Assembly (NCBI RefSeq): GCF_009914755.1
Contig: NC_060935.1
DNA length: 64,000 bases
Strand: one strand, 5' to 3'
Source: the human T2T-CHM13v2.0 reference genome, Homo sapiens
The notes below the pieces were generated by a model. That model saw nothing but the letters and a program-made list of their open reading frames with translations. It made no database searches and had not been told where the DNA came from. Made by a program: the position numbers and the translations under genes. Shown piece by piece: positions 1 through 15,979 of the stretch (its first letter is position 1; each line of letters begins with the position of its first letter).

Positions 1-125
1 TGTGGTGGTATGCACCTGTAGTCAGGAGGCTGAGGCAGGAGAATCCCTTGAACATGGGAGGCAGAGATTGCAGTGAGCTGAGATCGCACCACTGCACTAC
101 AGCCTGGGCAACAGAGTGAGACTCA

Positions 126-128
<3 letters not shown>
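1..128 (+). mobile_element. Alu right arm (cut by the window edge) with a 10-nt internal deletion
   Basis: cctgtagtc-aggaggctgaggcaggagaatc...gcagtgagctgagatc...agcctgggcaacagagtgagactc; lacks CCAGCTACTC. Confidence 0.92.
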
Positions 129-206
<78 letters not shown>

Positions 207-208
207 TA
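129..208. repeat. Compound microsatellite (TG)18(TA)16(CA)3(TA)3 replacing the Alu tail
   Basis: Read directly. Confidence 0.97.
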
Positions 209-599
209 TGGTGATTAGTCCTAAAACAATACAAATTACAAATGTTTATAGTGAAAAAGTACTAATATCTAGAAAATGGAAATACATCTCCAGCATATAT
301 CTTCACATAGAAATATATCTTCACATAGATGTATATCTATATCAATATAATTAAATTTTATACGATATAAAAATATTAATAAATTAGCAAACACCTGCTA
401 TTGTTCAGATTCTATGAATATATGACCTAGAATAGTGTATTGAAGCTAGCCATTGTCAACCAGGGTTCCAAAAGAAAATTGAGCCCTATAGAAAATGATA
501 TGATTGACTGTTTTCTTAGTTCCCCCAAGAATGGTACGTAACTAAAATCATTCTAAATAAATAGAAGATAAGTTAGTTTATTACATATAATACATGCCT

Positions 600-1050
600 T
601 AGGACCTTAGAGATTAGGTTTTTTTCACCGAGCATTATATTATAAACATCATTCCATGTTAAAAATTATTTAATCCCCAATTTTTAATGGCTGTATGTAT
701 TCCAGAAAGATTATTTAATCTCTAATCTGATACTAGAAATTTGAGGGCATTTTCAAAAATATTTCTTATTGTAAATTGCTTTGCAATGAACATTAATAGA
801 GAACCGTGTGTGTGTGTATGTATGTATATATATGTGTGTGTGTTGTGTATATATTATATACATATATGTAATTATTTTTTGATACCAAATTTCTAGTGGT
901 GGAATTTCCTTGTGAGAGAATCAGTATTAAGTTTGTTGATAAGTATTGTCAAACTGTCTTTCAAAAAGAGTGTAACAATATAAGTTAGCCTCACCTAGTC
1001 ATTTGTGCACTAGTTTTGAATCTCTTTTCTCAGCCTGCTGGTAATCTTTA
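600..1050 (-). mobile_element. Ancient L1M (L1MC/L1ME-like) 3' remnant with a (TG)/(TA) low-complexity patch
   Basis: tttttaatggctgtatgtattcca, ttgcaatgaacatt, tattgtcaaactgtctttcaaaaagagtgtaacaat. Confidence 0.55.
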
Positions 1051-2041
1051 CTATTACCCTTTGCTCAAACCAATGAACTTTAAGTTGCCAGACTACTAGT
1101 TAGTCTTCTGTAGAGGAGGTTGTGTGTAGAGCAAAGAGAACAAGTATATTTCCTAGCCTTTCTTTTATCCTACCATGCTGGAATTCAGTTCACTTTTAGT
1201 TTTATAGAGGGCATTCATTGCCATTCTCTCACGTATGTTTTGATTCTTCCTGTCTACTTTTACGTTGTATTTCCACCAGGAATAATGAATCCTATCCCTT
1301 CCATCAAATCTATTTCAAGAAAGACACTTTGCAAAGCAGAAGGGCTCCAAGAGCACAGCTCTAGTCTCTCTTCAATGTTTATAAGGCACAGTCATTATTT
1401 TTACCCACTGCTGAAAACATTTGCAGGGGTTATTAAAAAAACTTTTTACCTAAAGATACTAAATAGCAGGGGTTGCAGACATAAGCATCCACCTGTTCAC
1501 TGGCTTATTCACTTAAAATATAACAAGCATGTTGCCTAAGCAAATGTCCAGTAAGTTTTCTTTCTGTTGTTTGCGTTTAGTAAAGTTCTAAAACTATACA
1601 ATTTTCTCTTTCTTTCCTTCAGACTATAATAGGAACTGGGTGAATATTATCCAATTAATTCTGTTACACAAAGGGCCTTATCTTTTTTCTTATCCTTATT
1701 TTCAAAAGGACACTGCCTGCTACGTGCTTAGCAACAAGTAGTCTTTTTTTTTGAACAAGATGAGAAGAAATCCAGACTATCCTATAACAGTGGAAGAGTT
1801 GTATGTAAACCTTATTAAAAAGTCCAAACAATATCAAATAGTATAGGCTTATTTCTCTCTAGCTTGCTGCAAGGTTGACATCCCAGAGAGGATCAGGGCA
1901 TATGGGGAGTAATAGTCCTGCAGATCAAGCAGCCAGATGTGACTAAGAAAATGATGAAAGTGAAATCTGAAGCACTACTGTCATTGTTGTCTCATCATAT
2001 TTATAAACAAAACATTCCTGGTTGAGATGGAAGTCTTTTGT

Positions 2042-2158
2042 GTTAAATGTAGGGTTCTCCTTAAATATTAACAACAGGCAAGGCAGGGATATGTTATAAG
2101 AGTTAAATGTAAGGTTCCTCTTAAATATTAACCACAGGCAAGGCAGGGATATGTTATA
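2042..2158. repeat. 60-bp-period tandem duplication, 2 copies
   Basis: 2042-2098 versus 2102-2158, 4 mismatches in 57 nt. Confidence 0.95.
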
Positions 2159-5100
2159 GAAATGTACATTTCATTAGCAAGGAAACAACCATGATATCGA
2201 TGGAGTTCTTACCACATGAGACGCACAGGGATGATTAAGTGTATGTAATACAGTACATATAAGGTAGGTCTCCATATTTTATTCTCCTGCTAAAAACACT
2301 AAAGGAAAAAGAAAAAAAATAAAACAGGATCTTGAGCTAGATCTATGATCTTTCTAAATTAATTTAGTTAAGATAGCTTTTTCAAATGGATTCCTTTTAC
2401 AAAACATGTTGTTAAGCAGAGTTCTTTAGAGCATAAAATATAGTAAGCGGTGTAACTGTAATTAGAATATGCCCATGTATGATGGGGAGACGAAAGTCAG
2501 CACCTAAGAGCTGCAGTTCTGAGATCTCTCTGCAAAGCTGGTCTGGAGGATAGCCATATAAATGCGTTCTCTTATGCTGTTCTTACACATTGCAAAAAGG
2601 CATGAAGCTAACAAGCATCGAAAATGAGTGCCGTTAGACATGGTGGATCATTCACTGGAACCGTTCTTCCCCTCAGGGAGAATGAAAGTCTGGAGAGAGA
2701 AAACTGGCTGACCTCGCTCAATCAGCACAGTCTGAATGCAGGCAGAATGGCCAGCGGTGACAGGGCTGTGCTTCGGAGATGTGTGTGCTCAGGCTGCGGT
2801 TCAGGTTATGTCAACAAGGATCACTCTGGGTGCCATTTTAGTGGCTCCATGTTGTACATAAGAGAAAGACGGAAGGAGAAAAGGGAAAACTGTGGGCCAC
2901 TTTAAATGTACTTGAGAACTTTGCTTTTCACTTAGGACATGAACTCTCTCTCAGCCTGTAAGCAGCTGCAGCTCGAAGCTTGACAAACAGGCCAGGAAGA
3001 TGGGAAAGTACTCTAGTAGCAGCATTGCTTCTCCAGTGGAAAACCGAGAGTCCTAAATGTTACAGTGCTTCAGCCTGAGGTTTAACTGATAGAATGCCTT
3101 GATCTTGAAACTGAACCAGGCATCAGTAAACTGTAGAAGTTTAGCCTGTTGTGCATAGAAGATACAACTTTGCATTTTATACCTTTTACTGTGTTTAACA
3201 AAAGAAACAAAACATTCCAAAAACCTCTTATTAATTACATATCCTGCTTTCTGTTTTGGAAGTAGTGTTTGTATCATGCGAATAGGCTCTAAAGCTTTTA
3301 AAATATATATTCTCTATTCTAAGAATGGATCTAACAAAATAAATCGAAAGGAATTTTATTTTTAAAGGATTTGATGGAGGAAAGGGTGAGATCTGTGATA
3401 CTTAAAGCTTCCAAATCTGTAGGTTCATAGGACAAGTGACTCCCTATGCTTGGAAAGTCTTCACTATTTTAATTACATTCTAGGATTCTAGTTATAAACC
3501 ATACCCATGTCTTGTACAGGAAACAAAATACATAATTTCATCAATCCTTCGTTTCAATAGAATAAAATGAAGATAAACAATAATATTATTGCAAATAATA
3601 GAGACTGCTTAGCAAAATATCTGACACATAGTAAGTTCTTATTATATACATAGGTACTAAAACGGTTACTATGTAATATTTGAGAGACAGATTTATTCTT
3701 GGAGCAATCAGCTCTTAGATCTATCTACCCAGGGAATCATGGCACATAATGGGAAGTACAAGAAGCCGGTAATAGTTCTGAATTATTTTAAGCCAAGGTA
3801 AATGGGAGAAAATAGAGTATTAATTCAATACCAGTTGAATTAGAATAACCTTGAAATTTTTGTCCTGATATATAGAATTGTTCTGTCTCAAAAATCTTCT
3901 TTATCTAAAAGATATTCTAAACTAATAACATAATCAATTTAGTAAATGCTTGCTTGCTAGACACCAAGCCGCAATCTACATACTTTACTTAAATCATTTC
4001 TATGTAATAGTTACAAAATAATAAGAAAAATATATCTCTACTTCTCAAATAGGGCAACAAAGACTGAGGAACATTTAGTAAATAGTCTAGGTGATAGAAA
4101 TAATAAATGGTAAAGGAAGGATTTGAAAAATTTTAAACTGGAAATTTGCTTTAGAAAATCTAATTGCCTTATATCTGAATTAGTATTTGTATGATTTGAC
4201 TCATTCTAAATTATGAGGTCTTACAATTTATTACTCTTTGTAAACACTGAAACTTGTATAGGTTTGCCCACAGTAGACTGACTACCTTTTATTGAGCTGA
4301 TTTATCAACCCTCCGGTGTTTCTAATTTCTGTATTCTAAAAAAAATTTAAAAAGATGAACTCATAAGTCAACAAAATACCTTAAAATGGTGATTTAATAA
4401 TCTGAACATTTCTCTAACAATGTAAGAAATTGATTTCTTTCTTTTCTATTTAGTTCAGATCACAAGTACCTTAAATACTCGTGCAAATTGCTTCTTCCTC
4501 CTTTATTATGTTTACTATAAATTTGCGTTTTTCCCATTATCTTGAAGTAATTTATATTAGCTTCATTTTTTAGCGCAACCAAATAAGTTCTAGAAATACA
4601 TATTTTGTTATTTTAAAAACGTGAAAAAATAAAATTAACCTCAAAATGATTGAGTAAAAAGAAGTCAGTTTAATGCATTGATTCAGAATTCTTCACATTA
4701 TTTGCAAGTCTGTATCTCTACAAGGTAAATTATTTATGCAGAATCAAACAACTGAAAAACTCTTTTAATGCAAACTTTTTTCTACAATGTGTAAGATTTT
4801 ATAAAAAGAAGGAAAAATGACAATCTAATAGTGTCCATGTGCCACTGTATCAATAGTCAACCAAATATTTATTTTTTTAATTATTTTGATATTTAATAGA
4901 AAAAAATAGGGCCCAAATCACTACCAAAACATGATCTGAATCATTACCAAAATATTAAGCTATATTTTGACCCATTAGATCAAAGGTAAATAAGTCCCTT
5001 ATCATTCTGTGCTGTGAATATGATTGAGTCCTAATTTGAATTCAGTTTAGGAAACGGTACTGAGAACCTCCTCTATATGTTTGTGTTATGGAAGTAAAAT

Positions 5101-5243
5101 CATGAAGGAGGTATTGTGTTCTGCTCTTAAAAATAAAATGAAAACTCAAAGCAGTTAGCTTTTATCTGTTGATCTATCTATTTTTAAAATGAAATAATCA
5201 CCAAATAACCCAAATGGTTGGCAACCAGAATATTTCACTTCTG

Positions 5244-5471
5244 GATTAGTTCTCAACCAGGAATGATTTTACCGTCAGGATACATTTGGAAATGTCTAGA
5301 GGCATTTTTAATTTCTTTAATAGGAGCAGGGGGAGGAGCAGCAGGATGCTATCAGCATCTAGTGGGTGAAGGTCAGTGACGCTAATACACATCTGCAATG
5401 CAGAGGACAGTCTCTCATGACAAAGAATTATCAGCCCCCAATGTCAAGGGTGCTGAGATTGAGAAAACTTG
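5244..5471 (+). mobile_element. MER20 (hAT-Charlie DNA transposon fossil)
   Basis: gttctcaaccagg...acatttggaaatgtctaga...gcatctagtgggt...acaaagaattatc...aatgtcaa...gagattgagaaa. Confidence 0.85.
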
Positions 5472-6659
5472 ATCTAGATCATATGGAGGTTATGCATTAA
5501 GATGATATTTTACATCAACATTAAATTTATGTAATTTGTGCTCTTTAGCTTTTAGATCCTCCAAATATTAGTATTAGTAGAGATTGCTGACTCTTTGAAA
5601 TAAAGAGACAATAAACTAATGAACTAAAGTAAAACTGGAAAGAAGGCATAGACCATGAGCCTTTCCAAGAGGAGTATAGTATTTCAAAGTTATTAACATT
5701 TAAATGGCCACATAAAGGCTAGTACCTAGTGTTCTCATAAAGATACTCCTACATCATTTAATCATAAAGTGTTTATTTAGGTACAGTATTACAACGACAT
5801 CAACATTATTAGTATCCCCTTAGTCACCTTCTACATATGCATTTTCATCTCTTCCTTGATAAAATTATTGATGAAAGTATTGGTGTATGAGACAGTTCTT
5901 GTCCACTTTAAAATACAGTTATGTTGTGTTTTAAAATTTTGGCAGTCTTAGCTGAGAACTTCATTAGAGAGTTCATAAAATCAATGATGTGTGCTTACCA
6001 TTCCACCACAAAGATCTACCACTGGAAAATATGGTATTTTTCTGCAGATAGATTAAAGCATACATTTTGATGGAATTTCCTTGTAATTAAAGGAAAGACT
6101 CAGGCTAAGTTAAAAGTAATGCAAAACTGTACAAGGAAGCAAAATCTCAAAATGGTAGTCTTGATAGAAAAATAATTAATGAAAAAACAAGGATGGCATG
6201 TTTTGTATTAAGAAATATTCACCCTAAACTGAATCAGTTTGAAAAAGGTAGGGAAAAACATTGGGACATAGAAATGTGCTTACAGGTCTTCCAGTTCATT
6301 TAAAAATTTTATACGTTTCATTAATTTTCTCTCCCACTTCCAACATTTGTGAAAGCAATTAATAATCATATTGTTGCCTCTATAAATTTTATTTATGTCA
6401 ATCTAACGGGACCTATACAATTTAGCTAGAATACTGGAATTGGTTCAAGTCTCATGTCCTTATCTCAACATATCTACCTATATATTAGGATACATGCATT
6501 CCCAGGGTTTCTAGAAAAACTTCCAGACAAATCATTTTAATTATTTTATTTATCATCTTATAAAGAGGTAAACTTTACCCAATATAATAGTTTTTAAAAT
6601 AATTATTTTATGGCACATGGTAGGGAAACATTTTACTGTCTGCATTTATTTTATTTTTT

Positions 6660-7170
6660 ATTCATTCAAAAATTATTTATTGTGTACCAGCCACTTTTTA
6701 CACTACTGAGGAGGTATGGTAATGGACAAAGCAGATAAAACATAGTCAAGATTTCTTCCCTAAGAAAACACTTACTGCCACGCAAGAGATAAGTAATAGA
6801 GGTAAATACATAAGACAAACACACACACACACAAAGAGAAAGAGAGATAGATAGAGATTGATTAGATTGATTATTGATAGTTCTAGTTAAGGTCAGCAAA
6901 TCCATAAAGACCTCCCACAGGGAGTCATTTGAGCAGAGACCTAAAAGAAGTTAAGTAATGAGCCATGCAGGTAACTGGGGAATGCGTGTTTGAGGTTAAG
7001 GTAAAAATTATTGCACGTGTCCTAAGTTGGAAACTAACAGCAGGGCCAGTGTGGCTAGGGTGGATTGAAGAAATAAAAGACAGTGTTGTAGTTAAAAAGA
7101 GTCAGGCAAAATCATGTCAGTCCTAATAGAGTTTATAAGTAGAACTTATAAATTTAGTCTATTACCAAGG
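6660..7170 (-). mobile_element. L2 LINE 3' remnant
   Basis: ttcattcaaaaattatttattg start; gagcagagacctaaaagaag...agccatgcag; gccagtgtggctaggg. Confidence 0.65.
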
Positions 7171-7773
7171 GTTGAAATAGGATGAAAAGAAAACACCTGA
7201 TTTCACTAAACTTAAAATAACCAAACACTGCATTCATCATCAGAAAGGGCTTCATAAACTACTTACTGGATACTCTAGTGAGTTGAAAACTGTTTTTGAA
7301 AATTAGAGTAATAATACCCATTAGCAATTTGGGGCAACTCAAGATAGCTCCAACTATCTTTACTGGTAACATAACACTCTTTTCAAAATTTCTAAAATTA
7401 AATTAATTTAAATAAGTTTATTTTTCACCTGTATGCCACGTTTGCACAGTAAGTGTATGACAGAGTTCCTGCTCTAGATGAGTATGTGATCTGGTAGGGA
7501 AGATGATGCATCCAGAGAACTATGGGAGAACATAGGACCACTACAAGAGGAATGTGTTGTGTGGATGATGGAAAGGGCGTAGGGAGACCATATAATATAT
7601 ATAAATAATATCCAAACTGGATCATTTTTGAGAATGAAAAGGGGGAATATTAATATTCTTTCTGGGAAAACTGGTGTAAATTGGCAGTGTTGTAAGCAAA
7701 CTGGTGCACGAGTTAATGATGTATCTACAAAATTTCAGAAAAGAAGGGTGAATTGTAAATTAATGTGACTTTT

Positions 7774-10125
<2,352 letters not shown>

Positions 10126-10730
10126 TAATGTGACTCTTAAAACCTTCTTTGAGGCAGTAGTACTTGTACTTGGATTGTGTCCAAGTGTGCAACTGGGCAG
10201 AGGAAGGTGGGAGTGCATTCTAGTCTAGGGAAATAACATGATGAAAGACACATGGATTTGAGAATCGCCCAATGTAAAATGAAGCATTGATGATAGTGAA
10301 GAGTGGGTGATAGTATCGGATGGTTAAGAAAGAGATGGGTACAGGTATGACAGCAAACCAGACTATCATAGATTTTAAATTCCATGACAGAGTTCCATAT
10401 CAGAGAGCCATTTAAGGTCTGTTAGTAGGCATGTGACCTGTATAAAGAGTAAAACTACTCCTAAACTGCAATTTGATATGAGATTGGAATACTGCAGAGC
10501 AACATATACTATAAAATTTACAGATATTTTAGTTCTGCATAATGGATAATTTTTGCATGGTAAATTGGAACAAGAATAGAATATGGGTGTATGACTGTCC
10601 TGCAAAGTCAAATGCCTCTTTTATGTATATATGTAGTTTTAGGTAAGAGGCTATGTTTTATGAAGTTTTTTTAGAATGACTGCTAGGATGATTCTGCATA
10701 GAAGGTAAACATAGCAAAAAATAAAACCTC

Positions 10731-10763
<33 letters not shown>
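10731..10763. repeat. (TG)n microsatellite
   Basis: Read directly. Confidence 0.95.
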
Positions 10764-10766
<3 letters not shown>

Positions 10767-10779
10767 GGCTAGAATTTTC

Positions 10780-10975
10780 AATAATAATGACATTTTGAGC
10801 ACTTACTATATACCTGAAATAATGATGTTAACACTTTTTTTTCTGAAATTTCCCACAAAATCCTACCCGCTCAGTGTTATTATCATTTCATAGATGAAGA
10901 AACAGAACTGAAGAGGCCCTATAAACAAGCTCAAGACTGCAAAGCTGCTAGGTGATGGTGCAAATATTCAAGCAC
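10780..10975 (-). mobile_element. MIR SINE remnant
   Basis: ataataatgacattttgagcacttacta...catttcatagatgaagaaacagaa core. Confidence 0.7.
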
Positions 10976-13889
10976 GTTTTTGCATTGGTATAAAGGCATC
11001 TTTTTCTATGGTGCCACATTACCTTACACGCTCATCGAGTTGAGCCCCCTGTGTCTCAGTTCTTCCCCAGAGGTCTCAGCTGGAATACGAATCTAGGCAC
11101 TTAATACACATTTCATGTCACTCTACTATAATATAAATTGTGTTACTAACACCAGTGTTTAAGCTTTTTATTTTTTCACTACAAAGAAGGCATAAGTACA
11201 AGCATGAAAAAAAAAATCTATTTTCTTACCCTGTTCGTTGTTTGACATAAAGTATCTAGATTTTTCTTGATTTCCAGTTTAACAGTTTGTGTGCAGTCAC
11301 AATTTCTTTGGGTGATCCCCACCAATCAGTATCTCTCGATCTCATCTTTAACGGTCATCTCCTAAATCAGTGTTTTGTGAATAAATTTATTCACCTAACA
11401 ACTGGTTTGTATTCTTGAAATTTTCAGTAATCCCTACAGATATACAGTTCTCCTATTTCCACAACTATAATATTGTGTAACTCTCCTGGGTTCCAAGAAA
11501 ATTATAGTATTTTTATTTAAGCTATAATAGTTTCTAATCTTGAGATTTGGGAAAATATCACCGAGTCAATCACCAGAATTATTAATTAACCTACAAACTA
11601 GGAACAGAGGCTTAGTGGGAAAAATATATTACAGAGCCCACACTTGTGGAGAATACACAAAACACATCTGAGTGATCGATACTCAACAAAGAAGTCTGAA
11701 CACGTTTAGATTTTAAAAAGTCAATCTCTGCTGTATCTTGGAATTAGAAAAACTGATAAAGACTGACAGTATGGGAACTGACCAAGGGAAAGCCAGTTTA
11801 GAACACCAAATCCTAGAAAACTACTGGGCAAAAAAGTAAGAGAAAGGGGAAAAATAACTTAGGGAGAATCAACAATTTATTATTCCATGAAAACCTTTCA
11901 TCCATGTATCCATAGTATGTATATTACATATATCTCTGATAGAACATGAATGTTAGGTTCAAAACAGTGGCCACTCAATTACTTTAAATATGACAATTTT
12001 TTCCAAGATATACTTTCTTTTTTATGTGTTCTTTAATTGTTTAAATCCCCTATTAGTACTAGACCTTATTATTTTACAGCTATGCAAATATCAAAATACA
12101 TTTGCAAAAAAAATTGTCTAGTAAGATATGATGATGTCTACTTTGCAAATATATTTTGATGATAATTTGATGAAATTAACTACATCAATTTCAAGATTAT
12201 GAAATTAATGTAGATATAAACGTAATTATAAAAATTAATATATAAGCATGATTCTACATGATTATGAAAATGAGTATGTTTTACATTATAAATGTGATTA
12301 TGATATAAACAAAATTAGAAAAAATATAAACATGATTATTAAAAATTAAAAACTATGTGATTTTACAGAGAAACCCCTTGTAGAATAAGAAAGAAAATGC
12401 ATTCTTAATAGTTTTTGTACTATTTATATTACTAGCATAACTTGTACCAATTTTTCTACTTTTGAAAAAGAACTCAACTAAAAAAAACCCCAGCCAAAAC
12501 TTTCATGTTATGTGCATATGAATTAATAGTAATTTAAGATTTATTACAGTGATTACATATCAACAGAGATAAATATGTGTTTTATGATTAGGTTTTTTTT
12601 TTTTTAAACAGGTGAGCAATAGGGACAAATTCTTGATGTAGAAAATAAACCATTTCAGTGCCTGTTGATAAATAGACAGTATCCACTATTTCTTCATGGT
12701 GCATGGCAACGTGACAAATAAATTACCTTCATTAAAGATTTGCATGAAGGATTAATGAGCATTAGTTAAGCCATAAAAGCACAAAAAACATTTTTGAAAA
12801 ATTACATTGAATATAAGAATAAGTTGAGGGGCAGACAATCTCGTTATAATAATTTATCTTGCCTGAAGATTCTCTGCTGCACCTATGTGATAAATGAAGC
12901 CCAAAAGCAACTCAAGTTCCACATTTAACATAGAAAATTTAGGCAGTTCACAACTCTAGAGGGTTTTGTCCTCTGTGACTCACCTACCTATAAGGGGGAC
13001 AATTTATAAAACACTTATTTGTTTCTGTTAGTATTCAGACTGCAATAAATCTTCAAATTTTCACCATAAAATCTGCATAACATGAAATTAAAAGAAGTTA
13101 AGCATTTTTAAAAATTCATAGTGAAAAAATGTTGAGTGTTTTAAATACCTGCCTTATGAATTTTCTTTTGCTTTTAATTCATAGAGCTAAGTTAAAATTT
13201 AATTATTCGTGTTATGTATAAATGACAATTATCCTTTGGATAAAAGGTAATATTTTACTAAGTAAAACACAGGAATATAAGAAAACTTTATTTTGCTAAC
13301 CGAGGTCTTAATTTTCCTTCATTTGGAATACTGTCCAAGATTAAACCTTTCTACGCATCAAACACTGTCATCTTGTGGACTGCCATTGATTTCAGAAAAT
13401 ACAGGCTAATTTAAAAATTATTATCTGTGCGACTTTTCATGGTAAAATATTTGGACAACTCTGTAAATCTTAATGTAAGTGGAGATGAGGAATAGTATCC
13501 TTGTTTGTAACTGTGCAATAATGAAGCTTTTACATTTATGAACATCTGTATTTCAGGTCCCCGTGCTGGTATTTTATAGTAGGTCTCTACCCAGCAGGCC
13601 ACATCCTTACTGTTTGATATGGTTAAGACTTGCATGGCATTGTGACCATGGTTTAATTACAGTGTGACTTAATGGTTAATAGAAATAATCACCAGCCTGC
13701 TTTTGTTCTGGTCTGGTGAGTGAAATCTAGACACCGCTCTAATTAGTCACTATTTCAAACATCTAACTTTTATTTGCAAAATTACATCCCATGCATATAA
13801 ACCTCAATCTAGTAAACATTTGAAACCACTATTCACCAGGTTTCCTTTTCTCTTTTCAAATAAAGATCGATGCTTTGTAATAATTCTTA

Positions 13890-14015
13890 AGTTATTGGCA
13901 ACTCTATGTCTTAGTTTTCCCATTTGTAAAATAAGGTTACCTATTCCTATGAGAATTAAATGAATTAATATACATAGAGCACACTGCCTGGCACATTCTA
14001 AGTGTGGTACACATT
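13890..14015 (+). mobile_element. MIR SINE remnant
   Basis: tcttagttttcccatttgtaaaataagg...tgcctggcacat. Confidence 0.7.
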
Positions 14016-14023
14016 TACTAGAT

Positions 14024-14462
14024 TGTATTGGTGCTCCATCCAGACCTTCACCCGATGCGTGCGCACATCCAGCAGCTGCTATGAAGATTGGCTGCTTCCT
14101 CTTCTCCAGAAAATTTGCCACACCTGGAAAATCGTGCTTCCTGCCCTCATTGCATTCCACCTGCCCCAGCCAGCAGCTAATAACTTATGGATACAGGGGA
14201 GAGGGTGCAAATAGCCTTTGCTGATACTCTTTGCCTTCTTTTGCCTCACTTACCAGTGCTGCAGTGAAAGTTGTGTTTGAGAACCCCAAGTGGGATCAAT
14301 CTTAAGCTAATCTCCAACAGGGACCACATCCCTGGTTAGCTTTATTTTTTTCTCCCTCATCTTACCTCGCTTCTCTTAGTTTTTCCTCCTGGAAAAATGT
14401 TGTCAAATCATATCTGAGAGTCCTCTTCACTGACTCTATTTCTATAAACCCAATGAAAGACA
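14024..14462 (+). mobile_element. LTR16-like ERVL solo LTR
   Basis: TGT...ACA ends; 3' end aacccaatgaaagaca resembles the LTR16 end aacccaaactaagaca. Confidence 0.55.
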
Positions 14463-15442
14463 ATAAGTATCTACTCTTGTTGTTGTCGTTATGCCCACTG
14501 GTGTCTTGATTTAATGAAGGGTAAATGCTGAGATTACCTTTGTCATGTCCAAAGTTGAACGGAGTCCATGGAACGACTCCACAGCCTTTCAGTAGTTCTC
14601 CATATATATCTTTTTTTAAGCTAACATTTTCACAAATTTGATAAGCACATTAAGGTCATAGTCCCTGGCAAGATTCTGGGGCACAAATAGACTGTTGTTG
14701 GTTAAGGCAGGGATTTGGGGGCTTTATCAGTGAATTATGGGAAGCCTGGAGTGAATGCTTTTTAATGCAAAGTTTGGAACCTAGGTTGAGATCGTTCCGC
14801 TGACTCTTGCACACTGTTGAGTAAACACTGGCCCTAGACCTGCTAAGAGCTTACAATTCAATACAACGTAAATTAAAAACCCCTTAGCAAAGCAAGAAAT
14901 TTAGGCCGCCTTTTGAAAAGGGTTAGCAATGACCTTTATATCTAGACACAGGGCTCCTGGGATAAAAATGTCCTCCACACTGTGAAGTATTCCACAGAGA
15001 AAAGAAAAATAGTTGCTGTCACCCAGTTGGTATAATCACTTGAACTCTAGAACTTGGAATTCACTAGCTCAGACCTGCTTAAGTTGTGGATCATGAGATG
15101 ATGCCAGTTTAGTACTGTTCTTATTATACATATTATTTTATTTGTCTTATGTTTTTCTAAAGGTGTTTTGAATTAAATGTGCATAAAATATTTTCCTGTC
15201 TTGGTGACATAATTATGAAGAACTCTGCTTCTTTTGACTTTAGGTAACAAACATAATGAAAATACTTGTCTCCAAAGCATAAAAAAGAGAAAATTATTAC
15301 TTTGTTTTGTTCAACCAAGATAACTAAAATTTAATGTAATAATACAGCCTACTTTGTTTTAAAGTAATTTCATTTTTCAAACATATGACAAGTATTCTCT
15401 TTTGCATTCTTCACAACATCTTTAAAAATATCTTGATTCTGA

Positions 15443-15749
15443 GGCTGGGCACAGTGGCTCACGCCTGTAATCCCAGCATTTTGGAAGGCCGAGGCGGGTG
15501 GATCACGAGGTCAGGAGATCGAGACCATCCTGGCTAACACAGTGAAACCCCATCTCTACTAAAAATACAAAAAAAAATTAGCCAGGTGTGGTGGTGGGCG
15601 CCTGTAGTCCCAGCTACTCAGGAGGCTGAGGCAGGAGAATGGCGTGAACCTGGTAGGCGGAGCTTGCAATGAGCCAAGATTGTGCTACTGCACTCCAGCC
15701 TGGGTGACAGAGCGAGACTCCGTCTCAAGTAAAAAAAATAAAGTAAAAA
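15443..15749 (+). mobile_element. AluY
   Basis: Full dimer with gagaccatcctggctaacac, gaatggcgtgaacc, gagcttgca. TSD ATCTTGATTCT at 15430-15440 and 15750-15760. Confidence 0.95.
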
Positions 15750-15979
15750 ATCTTGATTCTTTCTCTTGGTACTAACCAAGAGTCAGACAGCTTTATTCTA
15801 TTGTAACTTTCAGGATCTTCGTCTCTGGTTGTGTTTTTATAGATGAAACTTTTGACACTTGGAAATTAAATCCAATTGTACGAGGTACAAGATGAATTTA
15901 TATTCTACAAAATTGTGCTTTATGCTAGATAGTTTATCCTGAGCCAATAGCTCCCCTATTGAGCAGTTTCTTCATGTTG

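Noticed and set aside
14055-14065. NRF1-like ATGCGTGCGCA in the LTR16-like element
   Set aside because: Incomplete match and a single isolated motif
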